A stretch of DNA of 63,015 nucleotides, filler included, from Octopus bimaculoides (GCF_001194135.2; 5 parts of 4 records of this genome joined end to end with filler, not necessarily neighbours in it), one strand, 5' to 3'; counted from the first letter of the whole stretch, positions 26,434 to 39,876 are shown. Notes: a model not told the origin generated them from the sequence alone. A program made the numbers and translations.

Positions 26434-27332
26434 NNNNNNNNNNNNNNNNNNNNNNNNNNNNNNNNNNNNNNNNNNNNNNNNNNNNNNNNNNNNNNNNNNN
26501 NNNNNNNNNNNNNNNNNNNNNNNNNNNNNNNNNNNNNNNNNNNNNNNNNNNNNNNNNNNNNNNNNNNNNNNNNNNNNNNNNNNNNNNNNNNNNNNNNNNN
26601 NNNNNNNNNNNNNNNNNNNNNNNNNNNNNNNNNNNNNNNNNNNNNNNNNNNNNNNNNNNNNNNNNNNNNNNNNNNNNNNNNNNNNNNNNNNNNNNNNNNN
26701 NNNNNNNNNNNNNNNNNNNNNNNNNNNNNNNNNNNNNNNNNNNNNNNNNNNNNNNNNNNNNNNNNNNNNNNNNNNNNNNNNNNNNNNNNNNNNNNNNNNN
26801 NNNNNNNNNNNNNNNNNNNNNNNNNNNNNNNNNNNNNNNNNNNNNNNNNNNNNNNNNNNNNNNNNNNNNNNNNNNNNNNNNNNNNNNNNNNNNNNNNNNN
26901 NNNNNNNNNNNNNNNNNNNNNNNNNNNNNNNNNNNNNNNNNNNNNNNNNNNNNNNNNNNNNNNNNNNNNNNNNNNNNNNNNNNNNNNNNNNNNNNNNNNN
27001 NNNNNNNNNNNNNNNNNNNNNNNNNNNNNNNNNNNNNNNNNNNNNNNNNNNNNNNNNNNNNNNNNNNNNNNNNNNNNNNNNNNNNNNNNNNNNNNNNNNN
27101 NNNNNNNNNNNNNNNNNNNNNNNNNNNNNNNNNNNNNNNNNNNNNNNNNNNNNNNNNNNNNNNNNNNNNNNNNNNNNNNNNNNNNNNNNNNNNNNNNNNN
27201 NNNNNNNNNNNNNNNNNNNNNNNNNNNNNNNNNNNNNNNNNNNNNNNNNNNNNNNNNNNNNNNNNNNNNNNNNNNNNNNNNNNNNNNNNNNNNNNGACAT
27301 TGTAAACAAAACGTAGACGAGAAAACACACAA

Positions 27333-27367
<35 letters not shown>

Positions 27368-27714
27368 TTAGGGAAAATATATATATATGCATGTATGTAT
27401 GTATGTATGTATGTATGTATGTATGTACGTATATATATATATATATGTATGTATACCGTTACTTAAATGAAAGAATGCATCGTAAATAAATGACGACAGA
27501 TAAAAACATATACGTATACAATCGGACGGGAGACAGACACTGAGGGTCCCTAATTCTCCATCAGTTATCAACCAATTAGTAATACTCACTTTTGCATCAT
27601 TAATGTATATGTATACGTTTTTTTTTTATCTGTCGTTGTTTATTCACTATGCATTTTTTCATTCATTTTATATATATATATGGGGTTGAGCGTGTATGTG
27701 TGCGTGGTGAGGGT

Positions 27715-27935
27715 GTCTTTGCGCCTGTATCTGTCCCCGACTACTGCTTGACAACTGCTGCTTAGGTGATTATGTCTTCGTGACCTAACAGTTTTACAAA
27801 AGATATGGAAAGAATTAGTATCAGGCTTAAAAAAAAAAAAAATACTACTGGGGTCGGTTCATTCGACAAAATTCTTCAAGGCGGTGCCCCAGCATGAGCA
27901 TAATCTAATGACGGAAACACGTAAAAGGTTAACGG
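27715..27935 (+). mobile_element. SINE S2, 3' half
   Basis: ctgcttgacaactg...ggggtcggttcattcgac...cttcaaggcggtgccccagcatg...gaaacacgtaaaag. Confidence 0.8.
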
Positions 27936-29319
27936 TTAAAATAAAATGTATTGTTCAGTTGTTCAGTGGAAGTTAAAAACAAAGAAGAAAAGAAAACAGT
28001 AAGAATGCTTAATCTGTAATTTGAAGCTTATGTGATAGAACTCGTGAAAAATGCATCGTGTAATATTCGTGGTTGCATAAACAAATAAAGAAAATCAAAT
28101 GAAAATGATATCAACCGAAATAAGTACCATTTTCCTACTTCACTTTCAGTAACTTAAAATAAAAAGCGTGAATCGACGCTAAAGGCATACGTTTGTATAC
28201 ACCATGCCTATATATTATACAACTATTCTGCATGTGCAAAAATAGAACACGTACATATCATTCACAAATATTTTAAAAGAAAATAAAGCTAATACAAAAA
28301 CAATTTCGAACCACATACTACCAGCTAACTTAAGAAAAATGTTTATTTTTTCTCATTAAAAAAATATATTTTCATAACGAAAAGCAAAAAAGAAATTTAG
28401 AAGAGAGAATAAGAACTAAAGATACAAACAAATATGCAAGGGACGGGAATAAAAATATGAAAGCTAAAATATTGAAAATGTAAACCTCAAAGATAGACTT
28501 AAACGTTTGGATAATACAAAGTTATATGACAAGACAAAATTCTCAAATTAAATATTCATATAAAATTGATCAACAGAAATGAAAATATGAATAATAGACA
28601 ATATGAGAAATGTTCAAATGTAATTTATGAGCTGATATGGTTTCTTATTGGTTGGGTCATCTATCACATAGACGGAGTGAAAGAGAGACATAAATGGGAC
28701 CGGAATAACGATAGGCTGTCATTTTAATTGTTACTGTTCCTTCGATGGTGTATATGTGAGTTGATGTCTTAGCTATACATACACGCACACACACACACGC
28801 CCCCCCCCCNNNNNNNNNNNNNNNNNNNNNNNNNNNNNNNNNNNNNNNNNNNNNNNNNNNNNNNNNNNNNNNNNNNNNNNNNNNNNNNNNNNNNNNNNNN
28901 NNNNNNNNNNNNNNNNNNNNNNNNNNNNNNNNNNNNNNNNCCCCCCACACAGAAAGCTATATGTGTATGTGTATGTGTGCGGAGAGAGATACAGACAGAC
29001 AGACAGACAGAAGTTCGTGCAACAAAGATCGAACTAAAACATTGGTTGAAGAAGCAGAAGAGTTACATGTCGAAGTTTTAATACCATTCTTGAATTCATT
29101 TGCAAAGTGTTCTTCCTTGAATAGAGTTATTGCAAATAAAAATAGGTTAGTGTACTCATAATTTCTTACGTGAAGCGTTTTGTAATTAATTATTTTATAC
29201 ATTTTCATGCAGCTGACGCAAATTACATTGTATGTAAGTGTGAGAATATGTGTTTGTATTCTGAGTATGTATGTATGCACGTCTGTCTGTCTGTATGTAT
29301 GTATGGATGTATGTATGTT

Positions 29320-30385
29320 ATTGTTTTGTTTTTAATTATTTAATTTTTTCCTTTCAAGGAGCTGGTTTCAAACAAAGATACAAAGCTTGATCATTGCAAT
29401 ATATATAACGAAAGCAATGTCACATTTTAAACCTGAGAAAAGTCTTACATGCTTTTACTGTTCCGCTTACACATTGTTTTTGTAATGTGCGAATCAGTTA
29501 GCTGATTTCTTTTTCTGAAAATCCAGGTTTAGCTATACTGACAGACATTTACTTACAAAACCATGTGCTTCAATTATCATTGGTATAAAGGTAAATTTGT
29601 AATCCAGATATAGAAGCTGGAAGTTTCGAAGCAGTTATCTATAGTCATCTTCTTTCTCTTTGATTTCCAAAAATGCATTTTCATCCGCAGAACATACCCG
29701 TTCTTGTCTGTCGCAGACAACAATATCTGGCCTCTTGTGCTCACACTTGACAGATGTTTTGATAAGGATGTTCCACCTGTATTCCTTTTGCTGATATTTG
29801 TGTAACTGTTCTATGACAGGGGGATTTTCTATATTTACTCCCGGACAGTCATTTTTCCTGATGACATTGTATATTGATTTTGCGACAATGCCGTGTCGTA
29901 TAGGGAGGTAGTGGCATGATGACATTTTTGGGCTGCTGTTAATCACATGTGGGATATTTTCCAGAGAAATATGACATAAGCTACATTTTCGGTTGTATCT
30001 TGGAAATCCAGTTTCAGTTTCTCTTTTGTTGATCAGATATTTAGAACAATCTCCTGTCTTGGATTGTAAATGCATAGCCTTCGAAGTTTAATGTGACGTA
30101 ACAGTCACAAGTCCAACAGAGACTTCGCTTTATGTGAATGTTACTGTCTTTTTCAAGTCTTCAGGAAACATACCCATCCATGGTCTTGTTTTGTGTGCTG
30201 AGCATTTCACCTCCAAGTCTTTTTTGGGGCATACTAGTCCAGATGATTTAGTGTCGTAAGCGAAATCATCAGGAAGTGAATGCTTCCTAACGATCTCGCT
30301 TCCAAAACATAGGATAGTTTTCTTCACATTTGAGCAATAAGTTAATGTATTTATTTTTGCTGCTGTTTTTCAGCAGGTGCCATCT
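29320..30385 (-). mobile_element. RLE LINE family C-related (C2) copy between CATA repeats
   Basis: CSLCHISLENIPHVINSSPKMSSCHYLPIRH...KHKRPDIVVCDRQE-like motif (KCEHKRPDIVVCDRQE); LLRNFQLLY..YKFTFIPMII; SGTVKACKTFLRFKM*. Own 3' UTR. Confidence 0.88.
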
Positions 30386-32083
30386 GAGACAGACTATGTG
30401 TGTATGTATATATGTATGTATGTATGTACCCAAACAAAGCATCACATAAAGTATCTCTGTCCCACGCCTACGAAACTCATTTCAGCTGAACTGTTATACA
30501 TACATACATACATACATACATACATACATACATACATGCATACTCCTACACAATACATATATGCACACAATACGTACACATATAGACAGGCATATGTATA
30601 CACACACACAGGTATACATATAATCTTGCCTCAGCTACATAAAAGTGCAGAAAATATTAAATTATAAAATGTTTGTATACATAATAACGGGAGAGACAAA
30701 ATATGAAATCATCAATGAAAACAAAAAAAAACTGATAAACGGCAGCTATCTAACCTGTTACGCCCAAATTACACTGTTACTACTATCTTGCCACTGACGC
30801 CATTATAAGTCTAGTGAATTGGTATTCGTTTTGCTGAAAATCTGTAACCTGCGAGCTTAATGTTCACAAAAATACGATATGAAATACGACGGAGGATGTT
30901 AGTAAAGTATTTATCAGAGAACCAGTTTGGCGAGTGAAAATTGAGTCGGCCTAGAGGTCAAAATGTTAATGGTTCCTACTTCATTGACAACACTACATTA
31001 TGACTATATCTTTGGCTAGCCAAGACTATTTAGTTGTAAATTAGTAACATTAATGTACTAACACGTGTTTTGTGAGACTGAAGTGTTAAGCATAAATCAG
31101 CCAATCGATTTCTAACAAATAACAGTTTATTCTACTAATTCATATAAAAATTGGTAAGTTCCCAACCAGTTCAATCTTTTTCTAGCATATAAAATTATAA
31201 GTGAAATTAGCAATTATCTATTCAGGTGAAAATGCTGTTGGAAATGTTTAGCCGTATACCAGCCTCTTTTTTTTGTGATTAGAAGAAAACATGGTAAATA
31301 TTGCGATATTGTGAATACTATATGACGTGTATTTATAAGTCATTCAAAAAGTTATGACTTTAAAGATGATATAATTAAATACAGGCTAGAATATAATCTC
31401 GTCTGCAATCTAATCATGTATACAAAATTTTCGTTGACCGACTAAGATTAGTAATTTCACAATAATTACGATTGGTATCTTTAGAGACGAGTATACGTGC
31501 CTATTCTGTTTATCTTACGTAGAAAATATTCTATAGAAACATGTGATCTATAATGCTTTCCATGAAATCTCTTTCAAATTTATTTCTTCAAAAACGTCCA
31601 TGCGTAAGTGTTCTTGAATATATTCCACTTAACAATTGAGACATTTATAGTTGCTTGATCAAAAACACTTGAGCAACATTAAGACTCCGGAATTAAAATA
31701 AATTGATTTTTATACCGGAAATTTGACAGGAAACCTGACAACATGTTAGCCAGCTTTTTATGTTGACCGAGAAGAATATGTTTCTTAAATAACGGAAAAA
31801 GTGGGTTACGGAGCCTGGGCTTTGGTGATGTCGATGGCAGAATGGTGCATGAGAGTAATGTCATTACTGCTGAAGGTATCATGATTCATGTGAAAGTAAT
31901 TAGTAATACACAAGCTGAGTGTAGTGGTATCAAATATGTTGTGATTTGGAAGTGGAAACACATGGACACTGATATTATGAATGAGTGTTTTAAAAATACA
32001 GTTCTATATTTAAGAGATGAGAAATTATGTACATTATTTACAGTATTTACATTTGACGGATATTTGTCTTCTTGTTTGTTGTT

Positions 32084-32129
32084 ACCACAACGTTTCGGCT
32101 GATATACACTACAGCCTTCATCAGGTGTC
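32084..32129 (-). ncRNA. Minimal type I hammerhead ribozyme motif in the PLE pseudo-LTR
   Basis: GACAC-CUGAUGA-A-GGCUG-(10 nt)-CAGCC-GAAA-C-GUU^GUGGU. Intact core, 5-bp stem II, palindromic ACGU in place of stem III, one mismatch in stem I. Confidence 0.8.
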
Positions 32130-32171
32130 TTGAGGCAATTTTGAACCTGGGTATGATATTGATTTACCTGC

Positions 32172-32501
32172 ATGTACTCCACCCCATGCAGCTGTGGTAG
32201 GTTATACAAAGGCGAAACATGTCACCCTCTCAAAATAAGGGTAGAGGAACATCGCAAAGCTGTGACACGAGGAGATATCGATAAATCGGGTATAGATGAT
32301 CATGTATGGAAAAATGGAGACAACCTTCCCCTGTGGGATGAAGTTAAAATAATAGACAGAGAACACCACTGGAAAATACGAAAACTAAAAGAAGCAGCAC
32401 ATATGCTAAGACACAACAACCTCCAAAGCAGACCGAGTGCAGATATGAATAGCATATGTGAAACAGTATTAAGGAAAGATAGGAAAATATTAATTTTATA
32501 A
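32172..32501 (+). pseudogene. PLE GIY-YIG endonuclease domain remnant
   Basis: YSTPCSCGRLYKGET...LKIRVEEH...SGIDDHVW...W.EVKIIDRE..W..RKLKEA is the PLE-type GIY-YIG with CCHH motif; no RT upstream. Confidence 0.88.
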
Positions 32502-32524
32502 GCCCTAAAATTCACTCCATAATT

Positions 32525-32603
32525 GGTCACAGACATATGGCGTAGGGGTTAAGAGCGCGGGCTACTAACCCCAAGATTCCGAGTTCGATTCTAGGCAGTG
32601 ACC
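32525..32603 (+). ncRNA. tRNA-like Pol III head (not a functional tRNA) within the PLE repeat
   Basis: Acceptor-like pairing ggtcac/gtgacc, A box tggcgtagggg, stem-loop ggg-ctactaa-ccc, B box gagttcgattc; extra bases before the A box. Confidence 0.7.
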
Positions 32604-33669
32604 TGAATAATAATGATAATAATAATAATAACATCGAAAAATACCTTAAGAATGAGAGCCCAGGTTCGAAATTTCCTCAAGACACCTGATGACCTTGATC
32701 AAAAACATTTCAAATTAATACTAAGCCTTATATTGTCCCAAAACATTGGATCAAATGTAATCACAAGAATCACAGCGTGCAGTAAATGAGTTACACTGAC
32801 TGTACCAGATGTCAGAGGAACCGAGCCCTAAACAGATACAGTAGATCGTCTTTAGGATGACTTAATAAAGTATTTTGTAATCTTACTCCTTTTATTTTGT
32901 CTCATCTGCGTAACTACATGCAGGCTTCACCATGAATAATGCAATTTAGAATTAAAGACAATATACATATACATGGATTTACAGTACTGAACTAATTCTC
33001 AAGGTTGTAATTTGCTCGTCTTTACAAGAAGTACAAGGGATCATTTAAATAGTTGAATTGCTAAACTTCTTGATAAAAACATGCCCCTCTGAAAAACTGT
33101 AATGTGAAATAAAAAATTCCGACCTGGATAGAAATCAATCTTCACAACACAAACATTTTGCTACTATATACTGAGCTACAATGTGCAGTGCGTGACTTCT
33201 GAAGAAGAATTTTAAAACACCGAACCCTAAACAGGTCAAGTTATACATATTTTTATTATATCATCAATATCATATTAAACATCGTCATATCTATATATAA
33301 ATATATATATAAATGTGTGTGTACGCACACACACGCACACATGCACACACACACATACAGTATTGTTATCATCATTATAATACATTTATAATATATCGTA
33401 TATATATATATATATATTATAAATATTATTATTATAGCATTATTATTATATTATGTTATATATGACACATTCACGCACACACAAAAACACGCTCGGATAT
33501 TTAATTTAAATGCAACTTTTATAATTCTTCCGTGTAGAAATCTTCGTTTTCTGTTTTTTAGAATCGCAGGAATGTTTGTGTGCGTGCGCGCGGGGAGGGG
33601 GCTTGTGATTGTGGTTGTGTGGCATATATATTTTTTTTTTCAAGGAGCTATATATATTCATATACAAAC

Positions 33670-33704
<35 letters not shown>

Positions 33705-33954
33705 TACATACACTAGCAAAGTATTTTAACACATCAAGTTTTATGAAACATGGCATGCAGATTTTCGAAATAAATGCTATTGACCCTATGATTTTTACTA
33801 TTATTATTATTATTTTATGTTTGACTTTTGTTTTGCATTTGTACAAGTTGGATCNNNNNNNNNNNNNNNNNNNNNNNNNNNNNNNNNNNNNNNNNNNNTT
33901 AATTAATTAANNNNNNNNNNNNNNNNNNNNNNNNNNNNNNNNNNNNNNNNNNNN

Positions 33955-34770
33955 GAATGGCACTGCGAGTGTCGCCTTACTCTCAAGAAAATATGCCGTC
34001 CCGGGTCGACCTTGAGCGACTGGAACACAACCAAAGCATTCTATAGGGGATTAGTTGAGAGGATGTACGACGACGATCTCGGGGCGAACCTGGGCGTCGA
34101 TGAGGAATACCTGACCCGCCTGTTCAAGACGACTTTCGGGCTGGGACCTATGGACAACTTCCAGAGATCCCTGGCCAAGCAGTGCTATCGAGTAGCGCTA
34201 CTCGTTCGGGATAAGCTCTACAGGCATGGCTCGAGAAACACGGAGCCGACCTGCCCGAGATGCGGTCAGAGCGACGAAACAGTTTTGCACGCATTCGTAC
34301 AATGTCCAACCATTTCCGACCTGTGGGCCTATGTCAAAAGATTGATATCGGGTGTGGGACGAGTCAGTTTATCAACCGAATCTATCGTGAATATTGTCGC
34401 GTCTCCTTCCTTGAAATGGGAAGGAAGGGCCTTTTTCATCGTATATGTGACTGTGGCGAAAGAATGTGTATGGTGGACGCGTCTGAAAGTTCTAGAGACA
34501 AACACTTTCCTCTCTGGTGAATCTCTCATCAACTTCTTCAAGTATCACTTGAAGAGGAAGGTGAGAGTAGAGATGAGTGAATGTAGTAAGGATGGCACGT
34601 GTGATTGACGAAGCCACATTGAGCATAATCCAAGAAACATAAAATACCGGAAAAAGTGAGTTACTTAATGTAATGTATTTTTTGCATGACATTATTGCCC
34701 GCGGTTGCCGTGGTCTTTTCCGTAGTCTTTTCTTTCCCCGGCTAACCCTAATCTCTTTCCCATTTTACAC
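33955..34770 (+). mobile_element. Tx1/L1-clade LINE ORF2 C-terminus (zf-RVT/CCHC) and 3' UTR
   Basis: ORF 34012-34608 has CPRCGQSDETVLHAFVQCP...LW and AKECVWWTR; pyrimidine-rich UTR; GC-rich relative to flanks. Confidence 0.85.
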
Positions 34771-36304
34771 TATGACACTTCTGTGATACACGATCCCTAT
34801 TGATCATTTTTTTCTTACCACGATCTCTTTTGATCGAAATTCTAACCCCCCTTTTTTTATCTTTCTTTCCTAAAAAGGAAAACTCTACTTTGCATTTTAT
34901 CCCCTCTCTATATATAAACAACGTTTTGAATATGCTTATAAAACTCCTATTCCATTATGCCGGCCACCACCTAATGATATTGCTTACTGAACCAGCCTTT
35001 AATGTTGCATCAAGTTAAACCGATATTATGTAGGATAAATAGAATAATAATAACTTAATCCTTGGATGGAATCTATAAACATTGAATGCATTCTACGCAC
35101 GTTTCCATATGTTTATATATATATAATGGAATATGTGTGAGATCCTTGGTAGAGTTAACTATATTTGAAAAAAGAAGAAGAATGACATCACTGGTAGCCC
35201 TAGTATGTTTAATTTATTATTTTTTAATCTTTTATTTTTTATGTACATATTTTTTATTTTGTACATATATATTTGTTTTATTATATATATATATATATAT
35301 ATATATATNNNNNNNNNNNNNNNNNNNNNNNNNNNNNNNNNNNNNNNNNNNNNNNNNNNNNNNNNNNNNNNNNNNNNNNNNNNNNNNNNNNNNNNNNNNN
35401 NNNNNNNNNNNNNNNNNNNNNNNNNNNNNNNNNNNNNNNNNNNNNNNNNNNNNNNNNNNNNNNNNNNNNNNNNNNNNNNNNNNNNNNNNNNNNNNNNNNN
35501 NNNNNNNNNNNNNNNNNNNNNNNNNNNNNNNNNNNNNNNNNNNNNNNNNNNNNNNNNNNNNNNNNNNNNNNNNNNNNNNNNNNNNNNNNNNNNNNNNNNN
35601 NNNNNNNNNNNNNNNNNNNNNNNNNNNNNNNNNNNNNNNNNNNNNNCGTGTGTGTGTGGAGGTACTCGTACCGCGTTCTACATAGAAAGAAGAATACAAG
35701 AAGAGGAGAAATTATTCGCATCACCGAATGATTTGAACGACGTTTCAGACTTCGATGGAGAACGAGAAAGTTCAATGAAGATCTTTTTTTTTTTTTTAGA
35801 ATTCTATAGTATTAAAATTCCCTTCTATACTAACAGTTTATTTATTTCACTGTGTGACATGTTTGGCTAAATGCAATAATTTGTGTTCTCTGCGTGATCA
35901 TCATTTTTTAATCTTTTCTTAAAAGTTATTTATGTTCTTGAATGGAAAAACGAAATATTCCCACTAGGCATATGTGACTTAGAGATATCACAGAAAGTTA
36001 ATCTTACATTTCTCCATCTAGATTTAGTTCAGCATAGATTATTTCATATTTTGCCTTACATGCCGCTCTCTCATTAAGTGAGAAGTCAGACAGCGTTTTA
36101 AAACGTGGAGAAATTGATATCAACTTCTTGCTTTTAATGCACACGTGAGGTATGTATATACAGTCTTCAATTTACATACAAACACACACAACTACAAACT
36201 CACACACATACAAACGCACATGCATATAAGCACACCCACATAAACACACGTAACATAAATACACACAAATATATATGTATTATTTATGTATATATACGTT
36301 TGTA

Positions 36305-36340
<36 letters not shown>

Positions 36341-36684
36341 NNNNNNNNNNNNNNNNNNNNNNNNNNNNNNNNNNNNNNNNNNNNNNNNNNNNNNNNNNNN
36401 NNNNNNNNNNNNNNNNNNNNNNNNNNNNNNNNNNNNNNNNNNNNNNNNNNNNNNNNNNNNNNNNNNNNNNNNNNNNNNNNNNNNNNNNNNNNNNNNNNNN
36501 NNNNNNNNNNNNNNNNNNNNNNNNNNNNNNNNNNNNNNNNNNNNNNNNNNNNNNNNNNNNNNNNNNNNNNNNNNNNNNNNNNNNNNNNNNNNNNNNNNNN
36601 NNNNNNNNNNNNNNNNNNNNNNNNNNNNNNNNNNNNNNNNNNNNNNNNNNNNNNNNNNNNNNNNNNNNNNNNNNNNNNNNNNNN

Positions 36685-36729
<45 letters not shown>

Positions 36730-38313
36730 TGTATGTATATGGACGTATACATAAGCATTTATGTTTGCATAATTTGAACAACAAATCCAGTATATGGATA
36801 GCAACATATTCACAAGTATGAAGTTCATATAAAACGCATTAATAGGGTATAAAATATATTTCTGTATATAGATGTATAGGGATAACGTCCTGTATATCTT
36901 TGTGGCTATAATTGTAATTGAGTGCATTTTGAAGTGTATTTAAGTATATATATTTCCAACAAATCACCCTCTAAAAGGTTTTTAACCGGTAAGTAATGTT
37001 TCCACTTACAAATGTACAGTCGTTATATATTGATTTTGTAACATCAACACATATGGAAATATAATTCCTTGCATTATATATATATATACATAATTTATTT
37101 TCAAAATGAATTTTGTATGTATTTGTGAGGGTACGCGCGGAGTGTGTGCGTTTGTGTTTGAGTGTTTCTATGTGTGTGTGTTTGTTTTTCGCACTCGTAT
37201 CATAACGTTTTCATCATCCGCATTACAATGCTTAAATTTTCAAAGCCTGATGAAACGGCCATTCACTTTCCTGGATAATAAGAATGAAATATCCGTGAAA
37301 CACCAACCTTCTATGTTTCTGAATGCAGACTTACACTGTTTATATTTTAATCCTTGATACACATATGGTAGGAGGGTCACGATTTTATTATGGAGGTATG
37401 TTCAGAAGTACCCAATTTTATTGTTTCCTATCAAAATTAAGATCGTGTGGACAAAATCTTTTGGGTGAGAAATGACGCCAACCCTTGATGCGCATGCGTG
37501 GTCTCTGTTAGCTCACGCAGGCTTTAACGGTTTCGTGGAATCTATCACCTTCTGTAGCTTATTAACTCGCCGATCTTAGTCGCTATTATCCTTATTAGTT
37601 CGTAATACGCTCATAATTCTTGCTTCCTTTTAGATACTGCACCTATTAGATCATGTAAAGCATGGTTTCATTCAGTTTACACACCCTAACACGGTACAAA
37701 TTATACTTTTGATACTACTAGTTTCTGGAGTTTATGAGATCACAGACAGCGTTATCTAGTTGTTCCTATAATCCATGGGCCGCATTAGCTTCTGGTAAAC
37801 CGGGTCTGAACTTCAGGCACAGAAGAGAGCGATTGTATGCTACGGTATATCATTTAATAAAATCTCATACATTCTATCTCAGGTTATATTATTATTTATC
37901 ATAAGATCATCCGATATGTTAACACCAGTCAGTTTGTGCATTTTGTTGAAATTCGATAATTTCAATATATTGACAATTGAGCAGTACGACTGGAATTTAC
38001 AATAGAATATAATTAACTGGTGTTACATAGCAATGGATCAGATAGCAAAACAAATATCTTCTGCTCTTGACGTATCCTCATCATTCAACACTAGACATAC
38101 CCTAGAGTAATATCTATCGTATTTATTTTAGTATGAATAACTTGTAACAATTTTGTACGCTCTAGTCATATCAGTTGGTGTTACAGGAAAAATAGCATCG
38201 AAATTTTCGACTGTGATTTGTAGATAATTAAAATGATCATATCTTTGTAAACAGTGGTACCGTTCTGCATATACATCTATGTATGCACATAAGTGTTAGC
38301 ATGGATGTACATA

Positions 38314-38359
<46 letters not shown>

Positions 38360-38952
38360 NNNNNNNNNNNNNNNNNNNNNNNNNNNNNNNNNNNNNNNNN
38401 NNNNNNNNNNNNNNNNNNNNNNNNNNNNNNNNNNNNNNNNNNNNNNNNNNNNNNNNNNNNNNNNNNNNNNNNNNNNNNNNNNNNNNNNNNNNNNNNNNNN
38501 NNNNNNNNNNNNNNNNNNNNNNNNNNNNNNNNNNNNNNNNNNNNNNNNNNNNNNNNNNNNNNNNNNNNNNNNNNNNNNNNNNNNNNNNNNNNNNNNNNNN
38601 NNNNNNNNNNNNNNNNNNNNNNNNNNNNNNNNNNNNNNNNNNNNNNNNNNNNNNNNNNNNNNNNNNNNNNNNNNNNNNNNNNNNNNNNNNNNNNNNNNNN
38701 NNNNNNNNNNNNNNNNNNNNNNNNNNNNNNNNNNNNNNNNNNNNNNNNNNNNNNNNNNNNNNNNNNNNNNNNNNNNNNNNNNNNNNNNNNNNNNNNNNNN
38801 NNNNNNNNNNNNNNNNNNNNNNNNNNNNNNNNNNNNNNNNNNNNNNNTATATATATATATATGGGAGAATATACAAAAAATAACAACAGACGAGGACAGG
38901 TGGTGTAAATAACAAAAGTATATATTAGTATGACGCTCGGGAATACGGAAAG

Positions 38953-38989
38953 TCTTTGACGTTTCGAGCTACGCTCTTCAACAGAAAGA
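38953..38989 (-). ncRNA. Minimal hammerhead-like motif with variant core (probable PLE-type repeat, about 38880-39050)
   Basis: UCUUU-CUGUUGA-A-GAGC-GUA-GCUC-GAAA-C-GUC^AAAGA. Stems I and II are perfectly paired; core position 6 is U rather than A. Confidence 0.65.
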
Positions 38990-39644
38990 ATACGGAGACA
39001 AGGAGAAAAACACGGAGAAAAAAAATTGAATAGTGTTCAGTCAACGGTCAAAATTGATGGGCTTGAAGGTAGTGGCAATGCTGGGTCGTGCGATTTTATG
39101 ATCCAGTGCACAATCATATACATACAAACACACGCATACCCAAACATATACCCAGAGAGATAAGCAGACAGACAGTAAGTGACAGATAGTCTGCAACGAA
39201 ATTTTCACCTCTCTTTCTCTCCCTCTTCCTGCCTGTGCTTTGCCACTGACTGGAATTGGCTTAGTTGTCTTTAAAAGTCAAATTGACATCCAATATTTGC
39301 TGTGTGTAAGTATCTACTATCTCTCTCTTTTTTTTTTTTTGCCCCTACCGATCTCTTTTGATCGGATTTTTTTAATTTTTATTTTACCGTTTTTTATTTT
39401 CAAAGAAAAGCTCTACAGTTGTATTTGTCCCCTCTGTGTGCAGTCCTGTGTGGCTAATAAAAGAAAGATATCTCTCTCACTCTCTCTTTCTCTTTCACCT
39501 TCTTTCTGCTCCTCTTCTCTCCCGTCTTTGATTTAACAATGTGTATATGTATATATGTATCTACTTCTCTTGCGATGAACGCCGTCACCAGTCAATGTCT
39601 CTCTCTCTCTCTNNNNNNNNNNCGATGAACGCCGTCACCAGTCA

Positions 39645-39702
<58 letters not shown>

Positions 39703-39876
39703 TACTTCTCTGCCTTTCTATCTCTCGCTTTACCACCTCCTTGAAGTGTAACATACACCACAGGTACGTACAGAAACAAAAACTTAGCATGAGGCGCAAT
39801 GTGTGATAGTATACGAAGACATTTTCAAAATATATTACAAGTAGTAAGATATATTTTTCAACGCGCAAGTACTGAC

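Larger units (their letters stand above)
31997..32692 (+). mobile_element. Penelope-like element fragment: inverted pseudo-LTR (31997-32152), GIY-YIG endonuclease, downstream partial pseudo-LTR
   Basis: GIY-YIG ORF flanked by two copies of cccaggttc.aaatt.cctcaagacacctgatga in opposite orientation (reverse complement of 32118-32150 vs 32659-32692). Confidence 0.88.

Noticed and set aside
32525-32603. Functional tRNA-Ser gene
   Set aside because: Extra bases between acceptor stem and A box, mismatched stems, no long variable arm, and embedded in a PLE repeat.
39582-39660. Direct duplication cgatgaacgccgtcaccagtcaatg(tc)n on both sides of a 10-N gap
   Set aside because: Typical unmerged contig overlap at a microsatellite.
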